Source of the DNA: Octopus sinensis
Taxonomy: Eukaryota
NCBI RefSeq assembly: GCF_006345805.1
Contig: NW_021826565.1
Span: 1-12,542 of the forward strand
Direction: 5' to 3'
DNA: 12,542 bases
The notes beneath the pieces are model-generated. The model was not told where the DNA came from and made no database searches. It worked only from the letters and a program-made list of their open reading frames with translations. Positions 1-8,604 of the stretch are shown here, in pieces. The number at the start of each line of letters is the position of its first letter. The first letter of the stretch is position 1. Both the position numbers and the translations under genes were made by a program.

Positions 1-18
1 CAGACAGATAGACAGACT

Positions 19-72
<54 letters not shown>

Positions 73-110
73 CAGGCAGAGAGACAGACAGATGGACAGA
101 CTGATAGATA
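1..110. repeat. (GATA)n/(GACA)n microsatellite
   Basis: Direct tandem tetranucleotide repeat running off the window start. Confidence 0.97.
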
Positions 111-684
111 TGTTTCTTTATTAGCCACACAGGGCTGTACACAGATAGAACAAATTACAAGGTAGAGCTTTTCTTTTGAAGGTTTAAAAAAAAAAGGAGG
201 GGGGAGTTTCGATCAAAAGGGATCGTAAAAGGAGAGAAAGAGGACAAAAAAAGGGGGGTTAAAAAAAAAAGGGGGAGAGGAAAAAAAAATGATCAATAGG
301 GATCGTTATCACAGAAATGTCAATATGAAGTGTAAAGGGGAGGACAGGTGAGGTTTACCCGTGGAAAGAAAAGCCTACGGAAAAGACACGGTAACCTCGG
401 TCAATGGAGTCACATGTTATATTTCTTTTTTTTTTTTTTGCGAATAAGCAACTCTCTGTTTTCAATTTCTGGGTTCATAGGATCATGCTCAAGGTGGCTT
501 CGTCATTCATACGTGCCATTCTTGCTACATTCACCCATCTTTTTTTAAAACATTCGCTAGACAAAACTTGCCTCTCTACTCTCACTTTCCTTTTCAAGTG
601 GTACTTGAAGAAGTTGATGAGAGATTGACCAGAGAGGAAAGTGTTTGTCTCCAATCCTTTCAGACGCGTCCACCAGATACATTT
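111..684 (-). mobile_element. 5'-truncated Tx1/L1-clade LINE, copy B (ORF2 C-terminus plus 3' UTR)
   Basis: Minus strand 684-475 encodes KCIWWTRLKG...MNDEATLSMIL*, with 49/69 aa identical to the ORF2 end of copy A (1082-1291). It is followed by a pyrimidine-rich 3' UTR and AATAAA at 122-117, with GATA repeats on both sides. Confidence 0.85.
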
Positions 685-717
<33 letters not shown>

Positions 718-718
718 G

Positions 719-760
<42 letters not shown>

Positions 761-782
761 TATACATACATACATACATACA

Positions 783-814
<32 letters not shown>
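685..814. repeat. Compound (GATA)n + (CATA)n microsatellite between the two LINE copies
   Basis: GATA 685-760, CATA about 765-812. Confidence 0.97.
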
Positions 815-816
<2 letters not shown>

Positions 817-1081
817 CATTTATTAAACCACGCAGTGCCAAACACGGCGGGGGCCATAAAAGGTAGAATTTTTCTTTTCAAAACCGATCAATAGGGATCG
901 AAAAAGTTTTGGGACATGTAGACAAATAGATAACAAGGTAACGTTTTAACAAGAGCAATTCCCAAAAGGGGGAGAAATATAACACTGACTAGGTTTATCT
1001 GTGGAAAAAAAAACCTAGGAAGATAAAACCACGGTAACCTTGGAAAAAACATAAGAGCATAGCGCCCTTTCTCTTTTGGAT

Positions 1082-2130
1082 TTATAGGTTTATGCTCAAA
1101 GTGCATCTGTCATTCATGCGTACCATCTTTGCTACATTCACCCATCTTTTATTAAATCTTCCATTAGACAAAACTTCCCTCTCTACTCTTATCTTCATTT
1201 TCAAATAATACTTGAAAAAGTTCATTAGAGGTTGGCCAGAGAGAAAAGTATTTGTCCCTACACCTTTCAAACGCGTCCACCTTACACATTTTTCCGCCAT
1301 AGCCACCAGTACGATGAAAACTGACTGGCCTTTCCGGTTAAAGGAAGGTGGCGGAGTAATACTTACGATAGACTCTGCTGACAAACGGATTTGTCCCACA
1401 CGTGGCAGCAGCCATTCAATTAGGCCCACAGCTCTGAAATATTTGGACACTGCACAAGTGCATGCAGAACGGTTTCATCGTTCTGACCGCATATCGGACA
1501 GGTCGCCTTGGTGTTTCTTAAACCGTATCTCTACACCTAATCTCGAATGGGCGATGATCACTGATAGCACTGCCAGGTCAGGGATCTCTAGAAATTGTCC
1601 ATAGGTCCTGGCCCGAAAGTGGTCTTCAAGAGGCAAATCAGTTATTCCTTGTCGACGCCCAGAGTCACCCCAAGAACGTCATCGCACATCTCCTCCAGTA
1701 ATCCTCTACAGAACGCCTAGGCGGAATTGAAATCACAAAAGTTTGAGCCCAGGTGACAGAGCTGCTCGTGAGCATGGCGACATTCGCCCAGCCTCGGTCT
1801 CTGCTAGATCCATGATTGCATTTCGGTCAATGAAACGAGCTGCGGAAAAGCGCGTCTCACAAACGCGGACCACACCTGTACACTATGTTCGTCTATGAAA
1901 TGCTGGAGACGTCGCAGACTCAGCGCATCACTGCGCATCATCAACTACGGCATATCCAGCCCTCCATTTAGCGTATGTTCACAGCAAATGGATCGCCAAA
2001 ACCTTCGGAACGCTTTCCCTCCACAAAAATCGGAAGAGTATGTTTTCGAGTTTCGTGATGGTAGGATCGAGACAAGGCACGACGGTCAGACGGTTGTAGA
2101 TGACGGATGTGATGTGCACATTCGCCGCCT
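1082..2130 (-). pseudogene. LINE ORF2 C-terminal remnant (post-RT thumb region and zf-RVT-like zinc finger)
   Basis: Hand translation gives EAANVHITSVIYNRLTVVPC...KLENILFRFLW, then RRSICCEHTLNGGLDMP after a frameshift, and CPICGQNDETVLHALVQC at 1500-1447. These motifs are typical of L1/Tx1 ORF2. Several stops and frameshifts are present. Confidence 0.85.
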
Positions 2131-2459
2131 CTGAGATGTCATTGTGAGATCTGATAAATTGCATCAGGTCCAAATTGTTCGTATTGATTGTAGTTAGCAT
2201 TATGGGGCCACTTGGCGTTTGTGTATTCGTAGTGTTGGTGCTGGTATTCTTACTCTGTGAGGGAATTGTGTTATTGGGAGTAGTGTAATTCCCTGCTTTG
2301 TTTCATGAAGTGATCATTCTTTTTTCCCCCTTTTTGTCTTCTCCTCACTGTGGTCATTTGCTATTGTTCTGTGTCGCCTTCATCAGACGACATGTCGGAG
2401 GAATCAGAATATGAGAGAGGAAGAGTATTGGTGTCGATTTGTGTGCGTGGTAATGTTGA

Positions 2460-2493
<34 letters not shown>

Positions 2494-3556
2494 AGTGCTT
2501 GTTGGTGGCAGTTGGGATGTGATGAATAGATTGTTGAAGATGAGGAGTTAGTCGTTTCCTTCTTTTCTGAGTTTGGTGCTTCTGTAGCTGTTGTTGTCGA
2601 TGGTGATGATGATGGTGTTACTTCTACTGTCGATGTTAAATCTGCTGATGGTAGTGTTGATTGGTTGGGTTGGTTGAGTTGTTTGGAGAGGTTAGTTTCT
2701 GCAGTTAGATGGTGGAGCTGTTTCATCTGTTGTTGCTGCTGTAGTTGTGCTGATGGCGGTATGGGTAACAGTACTGGTTTGCTGTTGGTTTTTTTTCTTT
2801 TTGTTGTTGTTTTTGTTCTATTCGTTGTTGTTGCTCTTGTTGTTGTTGTGTCTGTTTGGCAGTCGACATTGAGGTGGTTTTTGCAACCACAAAGGGGACA
2901 ACGTGGCCTTCTGCCTTCAACGGCGAAATGTAGGTTTGTGTCATCCGGCAGTTTTACTAAGTGAGGGACAGGTTCAATCATCTCTTGATCCGCTTGGATT
3001 AAGTGCTCGAACCCCTGTCCAACCCAGTTTTGCTGCCACAGGATGGCAATTTCTAGCATATTAATTGCCTCTTTGAAATCAGTGCAGATGGCTGACACTA
3101 GCAATTGTATTTCTATCTCAGAGTACATCTTTAATTTATATTTTCATCACACGACGACCAAGATATGTAGGAATCATGATGATTTCCCCATATTAAAGTG
3201 GTGTTTTGGAATGTTCTTTTGCTTGTTCCTCTGTATCAAACATTGCTTCGATAGTGCCAAATCTTTTGCCCTTTGTAATATATTTTTCAAATATATTACA
3301 AAGGCCATATAGGCCTTAAGGACTTCTCCACCGTTGCTGAGTGGCATATTCCGGTCTTCTTGATTTTGTGCTTAGTGTTTTGTAAATTATGTTTTTTTTC
3401 TTTTAAATGTCCTGTAAAATGTCTTTTTGGCGTGTTTAATTTTATGGTTCTTTCTTCTTTGGTTAAAATTGACTTGTATTCTAATAATTCTTGTCTAAAA
3501 GGAGACGAGTCGTATCCTTTGCCTCGAACAAAAGCAAATTTGTTTTGTTTGTTCAT
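2131..3556 (-). pseudogene. LINE ORF1 (gag-like) remnant with RRM-like segment and CCHC zinc knuckle
   Basis: CPLCGCKNHLNVDC (C-X2-C-X4-H-X4-C) at 2900-2859 lies in the 255-aa ORF. An upstream frame reads KRFGTIEAMFDTEEQAKEH...IPTYLGRRVMKI. The C-terminus is T/Q/S-rich and low complexity. Stops and frameshifts interrupt it; possible ATG at 3556. Confidence 0.75.
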
Positions 3557-3579
3557 AGAGTGACAGTGGTGAGACAGTT

Positions 3580-3657
3580 GTGGTGGCAGTGGTGGCGGCG
3601 GTGGCGGTGGCGGTGGTGGTGGTGGCGGTGGTGGTGGTGGTGGTGGTGGTGGTGGCA
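3580..3657. repeat. (GGT/GGC)n trinucleotide repeat
   Basis: Direct tandem repeat; source of the poly-Pro/poly-Trp/poly-Thr ORF calls. Confidence 0.95.
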
Positions 3658-3971
3658 GCAACGTTCATTGTTTTAGACATACATTCATTATCTTTGCTTT
3701 ATTTTCCCACTTGCTCGGTAGGAACGCTGGTATCATTGTGTGTGTTAGCATTGTAGTTCAATTGTGTGTATGTGTGTGTGTGTGTGAAAAGTGAATACTT
3801 GCTTTCTTATCTAGTGCTATTGGTAGAGAAAGAAATTTAATGTCGAAATTGATTAGAGAGACGCTGTTGGTCTCAAAATGACTAGCCATTTTCCCCAAAA
3901 AACTAAATTTAAAAGAAAGTTTTAAAATCCGAAAATTCATCCTTAAAGGGAGAATTTTCGAGCCAAAATCT

Positions 3972-4057
<86 letters not shown>

Positions 4058-4062
4058 CAGAC

Positions 4063-4127
<65 letters not shown>
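3972..4127. repeat. (GATA)n microsatellite
   Basis: About 39 tetranucleotide units with two GACA variants. Confidence 0.98.
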
Positions 4128-4128
<1 letters not shown>

Positions 4129-4410
4129 GGGCCAAGGGAGAAATTGGCCCCTAGGGGCAGTTTCAACCCTAATTAAATTGTATATATTTTTCTTCTCAAC
4201 ATTAAAAATTTGGAGAAATTTTATTGTCGAATGCTGGTCAAATTCTTTCATGGACCAGCATTTCCGTAGCCTTGAAACGCTAGGAGAAAAAAAAAGATCT
4301 CCTGCACGTGCACCTATTCTAATAGAACAGACATGAGCAGGAAGACATCAAAGACAAACCTGAGTGACGTGGAAGTGAACGCTGCAACTACTTTCGTTAA
4401 CAGCCCTGTC

Positions 4411-4431
4411 ACCACCACCACCACCACCACC

Positions 4432-4463
<32 letters not shown>

Positions 4464-4491
4464 CAAGGTTACCATTGCTACCACCACCACC

Positions 4492-4523
<32 letters not shown>

Positions 4524-4537
4524 CAACAACAACAACG
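4411..4537. repeat. Two (ACC)n(AAC)n compound trinucleotide blocks
   Basis: Two ACC-run/AAC-run blocks separated by AAGGTTACCATTGCT. Confidence 0.95.
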
Positions 4538-4676
4538 ATATCATCGTTTTGCCGTCTACCATAACTGCCAACAACAACACCACTACTACAACCTCAACTA
4601 CTACAACTGACGCCCCTGCCACCAACACTACCACCAAAAACAAATCAAATTTTGCGCAGTACTGCAGAAAGTCCAA

Positions 4677-5085
4677 GCCGGCGAGCTGGCAGAAACGTTA
4701 GCACCACCGGGCGAAATGCATAGCGGTATTTCGTCTGTCTTTACGTTCTGAGTTCAAATTCCGCCGAGGTCGACTTTGCCTTTCATCCTTTCGGGGTCGA
4801 TAAATTAAGTACCAGTTACGCACTGGGGTCGATGTAATCGACTTAATACCTATGTCTGTCCTTGTTTGTCCGCTCTGTGTTTAGCCCCTTTTGGGATAAT
4901 AAAGAAATAGGTATTTCGTCTGTCTTTACGTTCTGAGTTCAAATTCCGCCGGGGTCGACTTTACCTTTCATCCTTTCGGGGTCAATAGATTAAGCATTAG
5001 TTGCGTACTGGGGTCGATCTAATCGAGTATCCCCACAAAAAAAAAAAAATTGGAGCCTTGTATCTAGAGTAGAAAGTAATACTGC
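4677..5085 (+). mobile_element. tRNA-derived SINE, two-unit form (one head, two B-box/core units)
   Basis: A-box-like TGGCAGAAACGTTAG near 4688 and B box GAGTTCAAATTCC near 4750. Core GGTCGACTTTGCCTTTCATCCTTTCGGGGTCGATAAATTAAGTACCAG resembles, from memory, Meta/MESC-type SINE cores. The unit from 4725 repeats at 4910 (185-bp period); the second unit has a different tail. Confidence 0.85.
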
Positions 5086-5212
5086 AACAAGTCCGGTTTA
5101 ATATATTCTTCGCTAAACGATCGAACAAAGCCGTGCTGAGTTGTTTCCGTAATACTATAATTTTTAAAATAATATCAGTAATTGGTTATTATTACTTTCG
5201 TCTCACTGCATA

Positions 5213-5638
5213 CTCTCTTTTACTCTTTTACTCTTTTACTTGTTTCAGTCATTTGACTGCGGCCATGCTGGAGCACCGCCTTTAGTCGAGCAACTCGACC
5301 CCGGGACTTATTCTTTTTTTGTAAGCCCAGTACTTATTCTATCGGTCTCTTTTTGCCGAACCGCTAAGTGACGGGGACGTAAACACACCAGCATCGGTTG
5401 TCAAGCAATGCTAGGGGGACAAACATAGACACACAAACAAACACACATACATATATATATATACATACATATATGCGACAGGCTTCTTTCAGTTTCCGTC
5501 TACAAAATCCACTCACAAGGCTTTGGTCGGCCCGAGGCTATAGCAGAAGATACTTGCCCAAGGTACCATGTAGTGGGACTAAACCCGGAACCATGTGGTT
5601 GGTAAGCAAGTTACTTACCACACAGCCACTCCTGCGCC
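5213..5638 (-). mobile_element. Composite tRNA-derived SINE (tRNA head + CORE-like domain + internal microsatellite + second core + tail with (GTAAAAGA)3)
   Basis: Minus strand begins GGCGCAGGAGTGGCTGTGTGGTAAG (A box), then a degenerate B box GGTTTAGTCCC and ACCTTGGGCAAGT (CORE/MIR-like). A TA/TG microsatellite lies at about 5425-5472, followed by a 3' module ending TGACTGAAACAAG and three 8-bp repeats at 5238-5215. Confidence 0.85.
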
Positions 5639-5715
5639 TATGCATGATTATTTTTATTTACATTTTTAAAGTTTCTTGCTTTTTTTTTTTCTTTTTTGAG
5701 GTTTCTTTTATGTTT

Positions 5716-5939
5716 AGCTGGCAGAATCGTTAGCACACCGGACAAAATACTTAGTGGCATTTCGTTCGTCTTCACGTTCTGAGTTTTCAAATCCCACCGA
5801 GGTTAACTTTGTCTTTTATCCTTTCAGAGACGATAAAATATGTATCAGCTGAGAACTGGGGGGTCAATGTAATTGACTTACTCCCTCGCCCTAAATTGCT
5901 GGCCTTGTGCCAAAATTTGAAATCAATATCATTATTATT
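5716..5939 (+). mobile_element. tRNA-derived SINE, diverged monomer of the family at 4677
   Basis: AGCTGGCAGAATCGTTAGCA head, degenerate B box and core, tail AAATTGCTGGCCTTGTGCCAAAATTTGAAATC and an (ATT)n end. Confidence 0.85.
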
Positions 5940-6069
5940 GTGGTTGATCATCTGTGAAATTTGAAGCATACTCAGAAGGAAATACCTTGAGGTGTTACAT
6001 CAAGAGTGTCATAAAAGCCTTACTGAATCAGATAAGAATATCTGGTAAAGACGTGATAGATATTTTGCA

Positions 6070-6740
6070 TGGCGATGGAGGAGTACAAAGAAAAACTCAG
6101 TAAGGATTGCAAGAGACTTGAGCAGGACTACAGATACCAATGAGTTGGCGCTGGATAAGGAAATCTCTCTCTATATAAACGGCAGTTTGTCTGTGCGTGT
6201 TTCTGTGTGTCTGTTTGCTTGTACCCTCACCCTGACCACGGCTTTCAACCGATTCTGATGAAACTTGACACACGCATAGCCCAATGTCATAATTCAAAAC
6301 TAACGCAGCGAAAATTTTGAAAAGTTCCCCCAGTTCTGAAAAAAATCGATAAATTCGACATGGGGTCGAGAATGAGAAACACAAACCGCAAACTGTCTAG
6401 GGGACGCAACTCCACCTTTTTTTACTCTCAAAAAAAATTTACCATCAGTTTTTTCCATTTTTTTGCTATTTTTTGGCTATAACTCTCTAAAAATGCTTTA
6501 TAGTTATTTCCCTTACAAACCTGAGCAACGCCGGGCGATACTGCTAGTATGATTTAAAACCAGAGACTTGAAAATTAAAAAACAATACAAAAGAAAGTGA
6601 CAAGTGCAGGTTGTCTCATGATAAAGTCGAGATTGTATGGCATATTTTGAACGAATGCATAAAGATAGCTCAAAAAGACTACAAAATTGTGTCTGGTTAG
6701 ATAAAGCCGTTCACTGTCGCTGTTTGGGGGAAATGCTTAT
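6070..6740 (+). pseudogene. Fossil fragment of an R4/Dong-like (restriction-like endonuclease) non-LTR retrotransposon ORF, interrupted by a Helitron
   Basis: Removing 6164-6547 rejoins SWRWIRK|YDLKPET in frame. Downstream it reads DKCRLSHDKVEIV, then HILNECIKIAQKDYK after a frameshift, matching the degenerate CCHC motif that precedes the RLE domain in this clade. Boundaries are approximate. Confidence 0.65.
6164..6547 (+). mobile_element. Non-autonomous Helitron
   Basis: 5' TC (TCTCTCTCTATATAAA), a subterminal GC hairpin CCTGAGCAACGCCGGG, 3' CTAG at 6544-6547, inserted between A (6163) and T (6548) with no TSD. Confidence 0.88.
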
Positions 6741-7619
6741 TAGTACCGTATGATAAGTTTTCTCGGATTTCGGTCTACACACTGTAACTCTTCTTTCATC
6801 CAGTTCTTATTACCTGTTAATTTAGAAGATTAGCATCGTTTTTTTATATTAATTAGCAAACTGATAGACCGCCCTTGATTTCCTGCTATTTTCGAATAAT
6901 TTCATAATTTCCTAAAATTATTTCACTGCATCATTTGCTGGTATTTAATCAATAATTTTTTTCACTGAATTCTCTTTCTTTCTGCAAAATATTGATACAA
7001 ATTTAACCTTACATATTTTAGTAGTCCAGATACAGGCACGAACTTGTATCGGGGAAATTTAAGAAATGTATTGTGTATTTATATTAATATGTATATTGTG
7101 TTTTATTTATTTTCAAATTTTCTTCTGATTTTAACATTAATATATTTATTTACATTCTTTCTATAAATTGTAATGCATTCAATTTTACCGAGACCTTTGC
7201 ACAAACACTATACGCAAAAAATGGTTCTATTGTATTTGGGAAATATTTACTTATACATTTAATACAGCATCGCATTTCTGTCATTTCACTATAGAATCCA
7301 TTTTTATATTTAACCCCGGATATGGGGTTTTACAAACATAACATCCGCAATTGATTTCTCGGTATTTCCTCCCGCTTACGTACGTTTCCGTTGTTACTTC
7401 TATACGTCACCAGTTTGTATTGTAATCTGTAATATCTCTTACGGCTATCTATTTCTGCTTCCGCTGATAAAAGTTTCATACGACTTAAGTTAGACTTGCG
7501 ACTGTTTGAAACAACGGCTGCTAGTTAGAATGGTTCATGTACGTCCTTCATTTATTGTTGAACTCTTTGTCTATCTTCCGTGTTAATGTTTGGAGTAGTG
7601 TTGAAGTATTGAAGGTGAA

Positions 7620-8099
7620 TGTTGAGATCTGAATATGCAGATTATTGACATCATGTGATTTAAGTTACCTAAATTCTAGAGTTAATTCTAGAGTTAATTC
7701 TAGGTTTTGGTGAATTCATTAACTCGTTCTAGTCTGCTATGAACCCAAGAATCATTAATCAGATACAAAACTAAGGCATCTTTTGCTGGGGCTTAGAAAT
7801 ATTGTGATTATCCAATTTTTACATAGGCTAATTCCTAAAATTGTACAATATCGATACGTTAAATCGTAGATTATGCTGAGTGCAGAGATTCCTTCAGTCT
7901 CTTTTATACCCTTGATAAACTTTGGATATTTATTTTAACGAAGCGGAGGAAGAATCGATGTCTTCACACGACGTACATCGCGAAGCTCCAAAACGCCCTT
8001 TCAACGACTCTTACCGACCTCTTGTCGCTACTCTTTGTAAGAGTTCGGCTAGTCCATTCTTCCAATCCCCTAGGGGAACAATTGATTCTCGTCGCAACA
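7620..8099 (-). mobile_element. Putative 3' LTR of a Ty3/Gypsy retrotransposon (about 480 bp)
   Basis: Minus strand starts TGTTGCGA directly after the PPT and ends TCTCAACA (7/8 inverted terminal match). TATAAAAG lies at 7908-7901. The distal end is inferred because no second LTR is present. Confidence 0.65.
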
Positions 8100-8110
8100 T
8101 CTCCCCCTTT
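8100..8110 (-). other. Polypurine tract (AAAGGGGGAGA)
   Basis: Purine run abutting the TG start of the LTR, immediately after the integrase remnant. Confidence 0.75.
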
Positions 8111-8362
8111 GAGATTGACTTCCAACCGTTCTCATTGTTCCCTTTTTTTCGTGTGCTGCTCCACCTAGGTTCGATTTTTTGTGGCGTTGGAACATCAAAG
8201 GTATCATTTGTTTTTCTTAAATATTTGTTTCTTTTACTGGTAACAGCCTGTCGAAAATCGACTTTATTTTTCGAACAAATATTAGTTCCGCAGGCGACTT
8301 GCTTGAAAAGTGTTTTGGTTTGGTGTTATCCTATGAATCCTCAAGAACTGTATCAATACTTT
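8111..8362 (-). pseudogene. Gypsy integrase C-terminal remnant
   Basis: Hand translation gives KVLIQFLRIHRITPNQNT / KSPAELIFVRKIKSIFDRLLP / DTFDVPTPQKIEPR, matching the YRxTP...SPAELxFxRxI motif of Gypsy integrases. It is frameshifted and internally deleted. Confidence 0.8.
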
Positions 8363-8604
8363 TGGTACTGTTCTAATTTTGCTAATATTCGGGAAGATAT
8401 ATTAGCATCATTTCTTGCAGCTAATCCTTGAACAAAAATCAAAAATCTAAAACAAATCCGGGATTAATTCTTTCATTTGAATTTTTCACATTCTCAGTTA
8501 ACGACCCCAGCATAGGTGACGAAAATCTTCATCATCCATTTTTTGCTAAAAACATTGCCAACAAGTAGTGAACAGGGAACAGCTTTCACCGAAAATTCTC
8601 GATA

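Larger units (their letters stand above)
815..3556 (-). mobile_element. Tx1/L1-clade non-LTR retrotransposon, copy A, degenerate and internally deleted (ORF1 + ORF2 C-terminal part + 3' UTR); 5' boundary uncertain, possibly up to 3971
   Basis: ORF1-like region with a CCHC knuckle, ORF2 thumb-region and zinc-finger motifs, 3' UTR 1081-825, and AATAAA at 824-819 followed by a microsatellite. Confidence 0.85.

Noticed and set aside
475-881. ORFs with MYVC/IYLS repeats as genes
   Set aside because: They are translations of CATA/GATA microsatellites; only 684-475 is a real LINE ORF2 remnant.
3296-3680. Poly-proline, poly-Trp and poly-Thr ORFs as host proteins
   Set aside because: They are produced by the (GGT)n repeat; the non-repetitive part belongs to the broken LINE ORF1.
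3758-4251. Three IYLS-repeat ORFs
   Set aside because: They are open only because the (GATA)n tract has no stops on the minus strand.
4333-4701. 122-aa Thr/Asn-rich ORF (mucin-like)
   Set aside because: It is mostly trinucleotide repeat, has no recognisable domain or splice context, and its stop lies inside a SINE head.
4677-4770. tRNA gene (A and B boxes)
   Set aside because: No cloverleaf can be drawn and the sequence continues into SINE core and tail; the same applies to 5638-5560 and 10580-10430.
7460-7520. CTGATAA...GAAA hammerhead-like spacing
   Set aside because: G8 is not compensated, the segment between the core halves does not form one clean helix II, and no helix III or helix I closure was found.
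6760-7610. AT-rich stretch examined for host exons or element motifs
   Set aside because: No convincing ORF, splice-bounded exon or terminal structure was found by eye; it is left unannotated.
7922-8431. 169-aa plus-strand ORF as a gene
   Set aside because: It is antisense to the Gypsy integrase, PPT and LTR remnant, starts at a non-ATG codon and has no recognisable motif.
8491-8535. TTCTCAGTTAAC...GGTGACGAAAATCTT, resembling the 12206-12256 motif
   Set aside because: G5 is lost, helix III is not palindromic, and helix I has no partner; it is too degraded to call, though worth including in a family search.
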